This document shows positions 1-13,242 of a stretch of DNA of 32,328 nucleotides, in pieces. Source of the DNA: Rotaria socialis (taxonomy: Eukaryota); contig CAJNYD010000268.1 in the NCBI GenBank assembly GCA_905331295.1, positions 1-32,328 on the forward strand, read 5' to 3'. A model generated the notes under the pieces. The model made no database searches. It had not been told where the DNA came from and saw only the letters and a list, made by a program, of their open reading frames with translations. The stretch's first letter is position 1. Each line of letters opens with the position of its first letter. Both the position numbers and the translations under genes were made by a program.

Positions 1-830
1 ACTGACCGAATGGATAACATCTTGGACTATCAACCAATTCATCTCATGATCGAACCTAGGACAACGCAGTAAGTTCCAAAACCTTAATTTTAATCTGGTA
101 GATATAAGTAATAAACCCTTTGGAAGGGTTTATGAAAATCAAATACCCTTCTAAGGGTTTATGAAAGTGCAACGTAGACTAAACCCTTGTAGGGTTTATT
201 AAAGTCAAATACCTTTTTATAAACCCTTCTAAGGGTTTATGAAAGAGTATATAAAACTCAAATACCCTCTCATAAACCCTTAGAAGGGTTTATGAAAGAG
301 TATATAAAAATCAAATACCCTCTCATAAACCCTTAGAAGGGTTTATGAAAGGGTTTATGAAAATTTTGACATACGGTAAAAAGGGTTTAGTCTACGTTGC
401 ACTTTCATAAACCCTTAAAGGGTTTATTATTCTACCTTTTTTTTTTACAGTGTAGGTACATCTCAATAATCAATTCTATAGTAAATTATAACTTATAAAT
501 GCGTTTATTCTTTTATCTATTTTCATATATCACAATTATCAATAGAAAGAGAAAGTAATGTCAATCTGGTAAAATGAAGTCAATATTTTCTTTATTTAGG
601 TATGTAGCAATAATCAATTGAAATGCAACTTCAATATGATAAAATGAATTAATGCTTTTTTCTATTTAAGTATATGTGAATAATTGATCTCATGGTAGCT
701 TCAATCATACAATATCAGTCACTCCTCTTGTTTTTGTTTAGGATGGTCTCAACAACAAGTAACGGTGAGTCCCCTTCCGTGCGAATAAATGAGAAAGGGC
801 TGGCTCGTATTCTGCTCACAACAAATCCAG
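1..830 (+). other. Possible exons (1-68 and 742-830) of a gene entering from the left edge
   Basis: Open frame TDRMDNILDYQPIHLMIEPRTT ends at a GTAAGT donor (69). An acceptor TTGTTTAG at 741 starts an open 89-bp segment in compatible phase that ends at GTAAAT. No homology recognised. Confidence 0.25.
108..452. repeat. Palindromic repeat array / MITE-like element with CACTG-type terminus
   Basis: Repeated hairpin unit ATAAACCCTT(n2-3)AAGGGTTTAT. About 53-bp tandem units at ~219-352. Exact 36-bp inverted repeat 153-188 vs 381-416. Ends in TTTTTTTTACAGTG (reverse complement CACTGTAAAAAAAA). Confidence 0.7.
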
Positions 831-849
831 GTAAATATAATACATATGA

Positions 850-968
850 TTTAGTGGTTTAGCATAGAAATGAGGGTTAAGGATAGAAATAGTGGTTAAA
901 GATAGAATTTAGGTTAAGGTTAGAATTAAGGGTTAAGGATAGAAACAAGGGGTTAAATGTGAAATTAA
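850..968 (+). repeat. Degenerate ~19-bp tandem repeat (GGGTTAAGGATAGAAAT-like, about 5-6 copies)
   Basis: Visible units gagggttaaggatagaaat / agtggttaaagatagaattt / aggttaaggttagaattaa / gggttaaggatagaaacaa. Probably a TE subterminal array. Confidence 0.65.
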
Positions 969-1029
969 CCGCTGGATATAGCATTAGTGGAGAGTACTAG
1001 ACTAATTGAGTGTGGCGGACTACATTTTA

Positions 1030-1176
1030 CCACTCTAGAACCATTTTAACCATTTTTTGAAGAAAAAAGAAAAGGTTCCAGCTAGAACCAGATTTTTCTT
1101 GAACCTTAAATGGTTCTGAAAATGGTACCCAAATCTAGAATCTTAAAAGGTTCAGTATGACACCTTTTTTTCTGTG
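1030..1176. mobile_element. Truncated MITE end with GAACC/GGTTC subterminal motifs and CACAG terminus
   Basis: Multiple GAACC and GGTTC motifs. Ends TTTTTTTTCTGTG (reverse complement CACAGAAAAAAAA). The partner end was not found. Confidence 0.4.
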
Positions 1177-1495
1177 TTCGCCCCGCCCTCCCCCTGCATT
1201 GTTCGGTCATGTATATAATCAGTCGACAGTGTTGTGTATTCATTCTTTCATCCGACAGCTGTAGCTAGTTAATAAATAATTTTTTTTCAGATATCGCATG
1301 AGTTAGTTCATTTTATATGAATAGGCAGATAATGTCAATTAATTTCTTATGGCTCACAAGAATATTAGAAATAAAATTGCCTGAATACAAAATCGATAGT
1401 TGTAGCCTTTCATATTATTCCCACTGTATTTGGACGGCACTCTAAAAAGAATAGGTATTCTACCAAACTTAAAAAGGATCTTCCGCCGAGTGCAC

Positions 1496-3058
1496 ATGCA
1501 ACTAAAAAATTTACAAGTGAAAAGGGGAAATCTATGCTTGGTTATGAAGGCTATATTTATACTCTAAAACGAAAAAATGATGCTAAATTCATTTTTTTGA
1601 TATTAGAATAGAGATTAAAAAGGTAAAATAAAATAAACGAATTATTTGAACTACCTTTTTATCTTCTTTTAGGTCGATGTCATACCAGTCCAACGATGGA
1701 TGCAATTGTTTCTGGACCAACTGAACACTACCATGCGCCAAAACCAGATCTGGTTCCAGTATTGGAACTCAAAAATAAAATAAAATCACGAGCTACTGAA
1801 ACTGAAGAACCATCAAATACAATTTTACATTCTACAATGAGATCTTTTCCGTTAGATGCTGCCGGTCAACTACCTCAAAGTGAGACACTTTGGAGAACTA
1901 TTTGTCGACACCATCAAGGACCCCTAACGAATTTCAACAATCAACTGCCTGATCATTTAAAGCAAACAGATCGTGGAAAGAACTTCGTACTTCACTAAGA
2001 TGAAAAATTGATCATTTTTATCACCGCAACGAATCTTTCAGCGTTGAAAACGTGTAAACATTGGTTAGTCGATGGAACATTTAAGGTAAAATAAAAGCAA
2101 AGACTTTCAATTCACTAATTAAACATCTATTTTAGGTGTGTCCAGAAGATTTCTACTAAATGTTCGCGTTACATGGATTGTTCAAATCGCAAATTATTCC
2201 ACTGGTTTATGGTTTACTCTTAGGAAAAATGTCACGGACTACGACCATTTTTTTCAGCGTATCATGGACGAAGATGATTTCAATCGAGAAACAATACTAA
2301 GCGATTTTCAAGCGGCGGCAATAAAATCGATCAATTCATTGTTTCCAAACATTCTTCACAAAGGTAGTGTGACTAATTGCTTCACAATAATCATCTAATT
2401 ATGTATTAATTGATTTTTTTTAGGCTGTTTGTTTCATTTTGGTCTGTGTATTTGACGTCAAATTCAAAGTCTTGGATTACAAAAGAAATACCAAGAGGAT
2501 GAGTCGTTCCATCTGAACATTAAAAAAATAATTGCCTTAGCTTTTGTTCCTGTTTTAGATGTCATCAAAGCGTTTGATCCAATTGCCGACGATTACGCCG
2601 ATGAAGCTGCCGATTTTCTTGGTTATTTCGAAAAAAAACGTGGATAGGAGAGTCAAAGAAGAGAGGTAAATTGATTAATTAATAATTTTTCAATATTCAA
2701 TTTTGATTTTAAGTGCTGGTCGAAAAAACCATTATTTCCAATAGAAATTTGGAATGTTTATGATCGAACAGTTGTCAATCTTCCACGCTCGAATAATTCG
2801 ATTGAAGGATGGCAGAATGCATTCGCAAGACTTGTTGCAATTGTACATCCAAGTATTACAAAATTAACCGAGAAGATTCGTCGTGAACAATCGAAATTCG
2901 AAGTCGACATCGCACAAATTTGTCAAGGATAAGAACCAAAACCCTAGAAACTCAAATATCGAAATCTTGACGAAAGAATCAAACGACTGATCGATGATTA
3001 TTCCAATGTCAATCTTGGAGAGTATTTGAAAGGATTAGCTGTCAATATGTCGTTGTAA
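1496..3058 (+). pseudogene. MULE (Mutator) transposase with N-terminal FLYWCH zinc finger, intron-containing, inactivated
   Basis: SEKGKSMLGYEGYIYT..GRCHT..EHYH (FLYWCH). WLVDGTFK|VCPEDFY and IPLVYGLL, ILSDFQAAAIKSI..HKG|CLFHFG, and NLPRSNNSIEGWQ are MULE DDE motifs. About 50-60 bp introns near 1623, 2086, 2363 and 2666. Many in-frame stops and frameshifts. A TIR-like end GCGACGAATTGTCCAGTCACC lies at ~3221-3241. Confidence 0.9.
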
Positions 3059-3914
3059 ATATTTTCTGTATTTTTTTGTTCGTGTATAAATACTTTTTCT
3101 CTCAATAAAATTTTTCCCTGAATGAAATTTCTGTTATATATTTCAATTTAATTGCTATACGATATCAATTATTCTGCATTCTCATTAGTCTCTCTTAACC
3201 AAATTAGAATAAGCATATATGCGACGAATTGTCCAGTCACCGGATCAGAATCGACAATGAAAAAGTGAGTAATGTAATGAATAACATGGTTGATATTTTT
3301 TCATTTCGAAGATGATATTGATTGATTTCTGGTGAATCAGATGGAAAAATATTGAAGTTTTCAAAATGCTTTTTGAATTTTCGGTAAGACTGCTAATTGT
3401 TCATGGACTCCTATCAGTAGAAAAGAAATCGTTTGTTTAAAACAAATAGAAAATCTGGTGAATTCTGAAGTAAGTATAAGATCTACATGGGTTAGTTTAC
3501 AGTCCTTGGAAAAGTTTTATTGAGTGATGAAAAAACAATCGAACAAGAATATCTCAAACCTATTTGTATAGAACTAAATGCGCTTTAGTTATTTACAAAA
3601 GTAAAAATCTTGATGAGTTAGTCAACAAACAATTTCATAAATCAGCAATAGATCTATTATAGAATATAGATTTCACCTTTTAGAATAATACTGAATCAAA
3701 AATCATTGGCAAAATCTATCTTACTTAACTTTTTACCTTCAAAAAATTAACTTTAAAGTGCATGTAAGAAGATATGATTTACTACTGTGTCTTTGATCTT
3801 GGTCTAAAAACAAGAAGGATGTCGTATTTTCTTCATTACTCTCCTAGCTCAACAACTTCTAAAAAATGTAGCTTAGACTTTCTTCTCATAGGATGTACGG
3901 TCATAAAATTTTGC

Positions 3915-5224
3915 TCACCCATATTGGTCCCCTGAATATACTTGGTAAATGCACAATGCTAACAAACCGTGGAACACTATAAATCTTAAAATAGCAATCA
4001 AACCACTAAGAAGCCAAAATACGGCTGTAACAATGTATATAACATCATTCCTTGTAGTTACACTTAACGTACATTCTAATGGTTGACATGGTTTATAGTA
4101 GCTTTCAAACATAATAGATGAATTCCATTGTTCGACCATCATATGGTTAAATATTTCTCCAATAGATGTATTTGTTTTAAATTTAGATAGTAATGATGAA
4201 TTTAGTGCTGTTGTATTCGTTTAGATCTGTGATCCAAAGTAGTACTGTAACTCATCCAAACATTGTTCACTATAAAAACATTCGAGGTTAGAGAGAGAAG
4301 AAGAGATTCGATCACATAACATGACCCATAGAAACCAGGAACAATAAATGATATCGAAGTACCATTACTGTTGTAAATAGGCGATGGTGACGATCACGAT
4401 GCGCTTATTGAACAGGAACAATTTGAGTACGAATTTGGCGTCGTAAAAATATACGATGAATTTTTGCACTGAAAAAAATTATAGTTTGACAAAGGTTCAG
4501 AAACTAAACCATTTGCTGGTGTTGTTTCACGAATAATCTGTAACGGTAACATAGATCGCTTTGTTATAGATGCTATGAATTGATTAATGAGTGCTTGAGC
4601 TTCTGTTTGAAATAAATCTGAAGTAATAACATATCCACTAACACAATCAATGGCATAGAAACGAATCAAGTTTTGAAAAATAGTGTCATTGGTCAATCGA
4701 CAGAAAGCACGTAAAACCGGAAATGCAGAGCGGCTGGTAACTCGGAAATCACCGCCGTCCAATGGAATACGAATATCTATATATGCTACGAAATTCATCC
4801 ATTGATCCGTAACGAAATCACTTGTACATAACTGGTGTAGACTAAAATTCATTTGAAGAAAGTTTTCATATTTGATCGATAATTTGGTGCATGGACATGT
4901 TAATGCACTCGAATATTTCGAAAACAGCTGAGAGTATTCTGCGAAACTTGGGTGTTTAATAGCCATGGTTTTTTGAACAACTACTATTGAGTTGTACAGA
5001 ATTAGAATTGAAAAAGATAAGATCAGTAAAATAATGAATATTATTGTTGATATTTTTTGATTTTGATGTTCATGTGCACCGATCGTAGATGGAATAGATC
5101 GAAAAAGGTTAAAATTTCCAAAATATTGTTTCAATACATTCCATGCTTCGCGACATTTGACAATGATAATCATTACTGTATTGAATAAGCAAAATCTGCA
5201 TTTTGATATTTGCCAGTAGGACAC
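3915..5224 (-). pseudogene. Disrupted 2-TM protein with large Cys-rich loop (CPC...HQLCTSDFV...CxC...YYKPCQPLECT family)
   Basis: ORFs 4394-5224 and 3915-4142 are joined by a coding-like segment (PGFYGSCYVIESLL / NLECFYSEQCLDEL). It is broken by TGA at 4394, a frameshift near 4290-4300 and TAA near 4221. Hydrophobic helices lie at both ends. Confidence 0.7.
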
Positions 5225-8200
5225 CTGTAGAAATTGAAATACTTCCTTGATCAGTTTAGCTTTCTTCCAACAAATGAAACTTTTTCTGATGTATTTTGAG
5301 TCCCAATAATTCTTTTATGTCCAACGGTTTCAGTATTTCGTCATGATAATACTCATATCTTTCAAAAATGTTCATTCTTTCTTGTCTGTTGCATGTTGTC
5401 ATCGACAACTATCACTACAACAAAACGCTCTCGCAAATAAAAAAACAAGATAATTTAAGACTTCAAAGTTTTGAGAAAGAAAAAATAAATAATATACAGA
5501 TGAAATACGAACATTTGAATACTTTTTCTTTTACACAGGCTACATCTCAATTTAAGTAAACGTTATCAAGAAACAAATTTCAATAGAAGAAAGTTTTTTC
5601 GACGACGGTTTCCATCTGTTCTTATTTCCATATTTGCCACAAATACTTTCTACAATTGTTTAAACGATAATCACTGATCTCACATATGTTGTCGAAAATC
5701 ATGGAAGCTCACCTATGCAGAATTTACATGTTCTCACTAAAATTTACTTTACAAAAGTTTCTATTGTAAATGGAGAAAAGCTAAACTGTCAAAGTTGTTA
5801 TATATAAGATCTTATGGCAACATTAATTTTATTTTTGAAGTGTTGGCCGTGAATCATGATTATTGAGAAATATTCAAATATATTCTGACACAAACAGAAC
5901 ATCACTTCTCTAGGTTTCTCTTAATTATTTTAAGTCATTAGTTCAAAACTCTAACATTTACATAACCAGTACATTAAATCACTTTTCATTGCACTTCTTA
6001 ACAATTATTTGAAATCAGAAACAGAACGATATTATAAGAACAAAGACAGAATATTTTGTAAAAGAATAAGAATATGATCCTCTTGGAAAAGCATTTTTAT
6101 TTTTCTATCAATATTGAGATTTTCCATTGATCGAATGTGTTGTCAAACATTGTGTTTGAAAAGGTGAACAGAAAAAAAATATCACAAATGATTTGTAAAT
6201 AATAATATGAGAGATCTAGTAAAAAAACAGTCATTGAATTTGAACTCATCTTTTCTTAACGATGTTGTTCAACATTTCCAGGACTCACTCTTGAAGGTAT
6301 CGAAGAAGCTGCCCTATTATCATTGTGCATGCGATGTTAAGCACGAGACACATACGTTTCATATTTTATATATTTACAGAGTTACTAAAGTCTCCAACGA
6401 TAGATTTTGATAGATTTATTATATCTATTTAAATTGCAATATTATCTTTAATTGATAAATATTTGCTACTAGTAAATATTAAAATCAAAGAGTAAACAAC
6501 ATTTCAGAACTTATACACTATTTTCCCATTTTCATCTCTAACGAAAGATATTTTTAAGGAACTGATGAAAAGAATATATAGTCTGACGAAATAATTAATC
6601 AACTACGGTTCGCTGTTTTTTTAGTATCGATTGAAACAATTTGATCCGTCACTCATAGCTATCAACTTCTTGTTTTTTTGCGATTATATCTATATTGCCT
6701 CGGGTAGAAGCCGATAAAAATTTCTTGATGAAATAATTATCTTCTATTATTGTTATTAGTAATAAAAATGTCTTGAGTTCATCGATTCAAATTTTCTCAT
6801 CATTACAAATCAATATAAACATATATTTTTCAAAATTCAATGTTCACATAGTGTAACGGTATGTCATTCATTATAATCTATACAATAATTGAATTTCGAC
6901 CAAGTTTTTCGATGAATTTCTGTTGACGGTGATTAAAACTGAACATACATTTGCTACTACTTTGTGTTTTGCGTAGTAAATATGAATGTAGTTAATTTAA
7001 ATTACGCGATGGCGCTATGACATCGATTGGTGTTAAATAGAAAAATTTGCCGTAAATTTCTTTTTATCGATATAATTATAATCAAAAACTAAAAATAATA
7101 TCATACAACAGTGATTACCTTTTCGCAACTTATAATTTTGTCACTCGATGCCATCATTTCTAGTATCTCGGTAGATTTGATTTTAAAAACTCGTGTGTGA
7201 TTAATATTTTTTGTTTTGTCTCGTCTGCCGACTATTGCAGACTTTAAACAATCTATTAGATTGTTATCTATGTAACATTGACTTACTGTTCGGAATAAAT
7301 GACGTTCTAATGATAATATCTCTCAATAAGAGAAAAAATATCTCTGCGAAAACAAAACACAGGTTAACAATCGAAATAGATTTCTTTGTATTTCAATGAA
7401 AATCTCATTCATCTATGATAATAGTCTGTTATTTTGAAATCTTACTCCATAGTATCATTATCTGTCATGTTGTTCCCTGTGGTATCAGCGAGCTGATTAA
7501 ATCCGATTTTTGTCCCTTAACTATGCAACTGACGATAAGCAGAAACAAATGTAAGACAAGATTGAATGATTAGATTAATTTTTATTATCATTTTCATTAA
7601 TTTCAGCAAATAAATTAACAAAAATTCAATAGTCAATTGTTATATGTATGATGAGTTGCGATTTTTCTATTTAGATTTGCGTAAAACAATTCTATACTGA
7701 TAGGTTATAGTATTTGAGTTGTGTTTCTTTTTTTAGTGTGAAGTGCTTCAAATTAATACGTATCGATATACCACCTGTTCAGGTAAAAGCATTCTTATAC
7801 GTGTAATTCACATCCGATTTACATTGATCTTGTGGGTCGTCTATATGTCTTTTCTTTTTTCTTTTTCTGACATCCTTTGATCGCTATTAGATGAAAAAAA
7901 TACGATGAAAGAGAACGAGAGAAGAAGGAAAAAAGAAACGCGATCAGGAAAAGTGCGACGATTGAGAAGAGTTTTTGTATGTCGATATTTTCTCTTTATT
8001 TATTGTTCTATATTCATTATTATTATAATTATAGTTATATTCCATAGCAGATACATACATATTCGTTATAGAAAATAATAATGATCTACTTAGTATGAAA
8101 TCTATATTTGCTTTTGGTCTTTTTTTTGTAGATGCATCTCATTCATTCATATAATAGATTACACTTGATTTGATAGCAAATTTCCTTGCCATGAATGAAT

Positions 8201-8492
8201 ATGATTGAGCACTCACAAGAAGGTAATCAACAGTCAAAATATATACTAATAGAAATAATCAAAGAACTTGACATGTATTTTCATTTGTTCGTATATAAAA
8301 AGAGAGAAAATATTTCCATTAGACCTATATTCCTTTTTTTTTATAGAATGAAAACAACTCGGATTCCAATTATTAGATATTAAAATGCGTCATTTTTCTT
8401 TTCCTTTTTTTTGTTAAAATGTTTCCGAAAAATTTTCTGACGATTTCTTAATATATTATTGGAATGTAAACCATATATATATATACGTATAT

Positions 8493-9743
8493 GAGTGAAT
8501 TGCGCTGACATACGGCTGCTCTGCGAACACGAAAAATCTTATAACTCAACTTCTACTCAATCGATTTGGACAATTGTTTTGTTGAAATGCTCCATTCAGT
8601 CCGTCCTATTCACCATAAAATTATCGAGGTTTTTATTTGCGTGGTAAGGATTTTTCAAGCATAAAAGATCATTACGAAAGCTGTTTGACAGGATCTATCG
8701 ACAGAAATTCCGTTTTATATCCTACAATTCTGACTGGATAAATAGATTTTTTACGGAAGTTGGCAGCTCAGGTTCTCCTCTTTTTAACTATATAAAGTAA
8801 TCTTAATTTCGATTTTAATTTCCTGATCAAATCTTGCACAAATATGAAAACATACACTTTGACCATTTTTTGTCACAACAGATTAAATTGTAACTACTAA
8901 AGACTACTTACAAGCTAACTCAAATTTCTTTTTTGTGCTTGACCGAGCAAAGAGTGAGAAATATTTTGATTTAAAAAATAAATTAAAAAAATGTTCACGA
9001 TGAAACAAAAAAGTAAAAATAAAACAGACTGGTAGCTATTGTCGCACTAAATGTCATGACAGATTTCTTATTTTGACTTTTTGATTTCTCGCTAACTATA
9101 CGAGATTAGTCAATGATGTTTTTACCATTTTTGACGGAGTATATGGTACATCTATGGTAAAAAGTTGAGCTGTTAACTAAGTGTCGTTCGCCAGAAAATA
9201 GCATTTTACTGAAAAAATGTCACAACAGATTAATATGATAGATATTCAGAGAAAATATGATATTTTTTCATCTTCTTTTACTTCTATCGACTCCTCTCGA
9301 CTGAGAGACATTGCTAGACATTTCATTGTTATCGCGAAACAATGTTAAAAAGAACTTAGTTATAAAGCGCGTTTCTAAAAAAATATATGCGTTTTTAATA
9401 ATAGCAATCGCATTACACTCCCGAAAATGCATGAATAATACAAGCGAGTAAAATTCTGCACATGTCTCTTGGATTCCCCGATTGCAAATGATTCATTTCA
9501 TATATGATAACCATGTAAAAACATTTTACTCGTCATTTTTTTTGGTCAAAAAATCTCGGACCTTTCATATATTTTGAGATCTCAATTTTCTCTGAAACGA
9601 AAAACCTGACAGTGGAGAAAATAGTTGACTCATATACAAAAAATAAGGCTCTATCGAATGCACGGGTCAAATCTATCCTCCGTTTACTTTTTTTTTTTTT
9701 CGATTTTTTTCTTCAAACCGTATAATGTCAGCGCAATTCACTC
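8493..9743. mobile_element. Non-autonomous TIR element, Sola-like (GAG...CTC termini, ATAT TSD)
   Basis: TIR GAGTGAATTGCGCTGACAT (8493-8511) is the exact inverse of ATGTCAGCGCAATTCACTC (9725-9743). Flanked by ATAT on both sides within TA runs. No long ORF. The superfamily assignment is inferred from termini only. Confidence 0.85.
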
Positions 9744-9914
9744 ATATATATAGTAATGAGAGTCATTATTTTTGAATTAATCGATCAAGCTTTTTCTTGA
9801 GTAGGCGGCATTTTCTCATCTTCATTTATCTTTTAAGAATGGATATTATTTCACGCCGTTCCTATTGCTTCTAGACGAAATAAAACAAAACAAAAAAAGT
9901 AAGAAGAAATTCTT

Positions 9915-11154
9915 ATGCTTAATAGCACCATAATGACAACACCATGTACGTTAACAGAGTATGAAGTACTTAATCATACATTGCCGAATAAACTTTATCT
10001 TATTTTAACACCATTTATTATTTGTATTGGATTAATTGGAAATATTCTTACTGTTTTCGTATTTGTTTTAACTGATCTTAAAAGACAATCAGTATCGATA
10101 ATAACGATTGCTTTAGCTATAGCCGACTCATTTGTTCTTCTTATACCTGTTGCAATTCTATGGCTTGAAAAACTTTTACGGCAAGAATTAACTGATCTAT
10201 CACCATTTTGGTGTCGTACGCATGGTTTGTTGATATATAATTTGCTTTTTTTCATTTTTATATTTTTGTTAGTATTATATAGGTTTCTTTGATTTAACAT
10301 TTACATGTTGTTCAAGTTGGTTAATGGTTTGCATAGCTTTTGAACGTTTTTGTGCTGTTTGGTTACCACATAATAATAAAGCAATACTTACGCATCGGAA
10401 AACATTGATTGTTGTTCTTATTATTGTATTTATTTCAACAGTTTTATCAACATGGTTTATATTTGTTGTTAAAGCAACCAAAATTCAAACATTATTACTG
10501 AAAAATTCTACTGAGAACACATTGGTTACTTTAGATAACCGTTCGCTAATTCAATCTTCTTGGAAATGTAATCTTATTGATGATAGTCTTTATGATTCCA
10601 TGGGTATGTTTTCTGTCATAATTAATTATGTATTACCATTTATTTTTCTATTACTATTAAATTCAACTGTTATTTATCGCTTATGTCAACGTGGTATTGT
10701 TGATCTAAGATCATCAATCACTGTTATGTTAACGCTTGTTTGTATAGTGCATTTATTTTGTACATTACCATTTCAATGTTGGTGGATTTATTATGAAGTT
10801 CGAGATCAAACAGGTGATTGTTCGTGGTTAAAAAGGAAATTAACATGGCATGCAATAACATTTACGATACGAAATTTCAATTATATGGCAAATTTTTTTC
10901 TTTATTCATGTTCATCAAAATTATTTCGTAATGAACTAAAAGGTTTAATTGTTTTAAGTTTACTACCACATGAAAAACATCAAAGTTATCATTATCGTCG
11001 ACAATCGTTATATGATAATAGGCGACAACAAAGCATTTCTTTAACACGATTGATTATGAGACGATTAAGTAGAACAGCTGCATATAAACATGTTGGAGCT
11101 ATTCATAGTGTAGCAGCTGAAATACCACTCACTAGTCTAAATGAACATGGCTGA
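9915..11154 (+). CDS. Rhodopsin-like (class A) GPCR, peptide-receptor-like, 393 aa; exons 9915-10224 and 10283-11154
   Basis: TM1 GLIGNIL, TM2 LAIADS, WC before TM3, ERF (DRY variant), TM5 VLPF, TM6 CTLPF, TM7 NYMANFFLY. A 58-bp GT-AG intron joins the two ORFs in frame. Confidence 0.93.
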
Positions 11155-13192
11155 AGAAGAAAGAACAAAACTTTACACAACTTTTTAATATTCCGATATT
11201 TGAATGTTTGTACGAATAAATATGAAAACTAAAAGTAGCAAATATTTTCAATCGAACCGACAAGATTAATTATAATGGTACTTTACTCAAGGGAAAATAT
11301 TATGTTTAAATGAATAATTTAGAGCACTAAAAATCCAGAGAGACCGATTTCTTTGGACTATCAAACGCACGAATCCTATTAATTTATGGAATAATTCTAG
11401 CTCTCGTATATATATATATATATAGGTTTTCATAAGAATTGTGTAAATCGTTTTATATTTATCAATAAATATAGACAACTGTTAGCAATAAGTAATTGTT
11501 AAAAATATTTTTCTAACAGATATTATGATAAATTTATTGTTAATCGTTGACTTCTAGTTCTTGAAAGGACCTTATTTCTACTTATTATTCTTGCTCTTTT
11601 CTATAGAATTATTACAGCTCGATATAATATAACGAGAAATTTATTTGACTAGATCAACTGATGATTGATGATTGTCTCGTTTTCAATATGTAATCTAATC
11701 GCAAAGGCTTTATTGGTTTAGTTTCAATATAGTCGATTAAATAAGATTGATAAATTATCTAATAAACTATTCACGAAGAAAGTTTTTTATTGACAACTTT
11801 CGAGCATATCAAATTAGTTCAAACATAGAGGAGCTGTTAGAATCATGAAAGTTCTAGAACATCGATAGAATTCCTCGATGATTAGAATGCATTCGTAAAA
11901 AGGTTTATCTAATAAAAATTGATTGACAAACTTATTTCTAACAGATTTTGATTTTGAAAAAACTACAGAGTAAACTTTCATTGTATCAGTATATCTTTTC
12001 ACTTTTAAATAGAAAATTTTTGTTTTCGAAAGTACTCGATTTAGCAACAATAATAACAATTCAATTCAGTAAGTGTTGCATTGACGTTTGTTACTCGTAA
12101 ATTTCATTCAATGCGTTGCTCAGCTATCGTATAATACTTAGCGTATCAAACTCATATTGATGGAACCGATACATTTGAATAAATATCTCTTTCAGTCTTT
12201 TCTACAGATCGTCATGTTAGAATAGTTTCCTAAGAAAATTCACCATTCGATTTTCTAGCACAAACTATGGCAGCTTTGATTAGAAAATCTGAAGCAGAAA
12301 TATAACATTTATAGTACTGCAAAGACTAAATTAAAAAGCTTTTGTGCTTTCAAGCTTTGAACACATATGACGTATCATACAATGACAAATTACTCGGAGG
12401 AGCTTGGATAATTTTGTTCTTTCACATAATATTTTTTAAAGGTCGTTTGAACCAAGTTTTACCAGAATTGAACATGAATACATAAAAAATGAGTCAAAAA
12501 CATGTAACACTTAACTTGTTTGGAACTATACTTTTGATTATGAGTTCTTGTTCAAATAATGACATTTTACTTTGATCAAAAATGCATTTCTGTTGTAATC
12601 GCAATGTATTAACTCTTTTAGTTTTTGTTAATATTAAAATTTTACACCATTGATCGCAGGATAGCACATGTAAAATGTTACGAGGTTAATATCTAGTTTT
12701 TCGATTAACGAAAAACTCATAAATAAATATAAACAGAATGTTTTTTTTAAATATTAATGATAGTTAGTCAAATTGAATTCTCGTCGTGTTTTTATTATAT
12801 CAAACCCCCTAGCTTCATGTTAATATGCTTTCTTTTGATCGTATAAGGTCTGCTATCCAGTACGATAAGTTATATAAACATACAATGAAAGAAATCTTAG
12901 TAAGCAAAATCCAGATCAAATAAACATTACAGCTATGAATTAGATGATCTTAAAAGAAGCAGATATTTTTTTCATCTGGATGATTCTTCGTCAAAGCCAC
13001 GATCACGAACAAAGTTTGAGCATCATAAATTTCGAAAATATAGTTATATGAGGATTATTTTTAATATCGTGAGACTGTAGAGTTGAATTTTATTTATTTT
13101 CCTTACTAAGTTCTAATTTATTAGTATTTTTACTAAATGACGTTTTAGTTGTTTTACATAATTTGAATCTAGAATAGTTTCTTATACACACA

Positions 13193-13242
13193 NNNNNNNN
13201 NNNNNNNNNNNNNNNNNNNNNNNNNNNNNNNNNNNNNNNNNN
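13193..13242. other. Assembly gap (50 N)
   Basis: Run of Ns following a short CA repeat. Confidence 1.

Noticed and set aside
108..430. CRISPR-like palindromic repeats with spacers
   Set aside because: The spacers are themselves repeated and irregular, the context is eukaryotic, and there are no cas genes.
850..968. Telomeric repeat
   Set aside because: The unit is ~19 bp and degenerate, not a short perfect telomere motif, and it is internal.
5368..8383. Short ORFs at 5368, 6207, 7211 and 8195
   Set aside because: About 60 aa each, with no motifs or supporting splice structure; expected by chance.
9995..10481. Minus-strand ORFs 9995-10300 and 10275-10481
   Set aside because: Antisense shadows of the GPCR.
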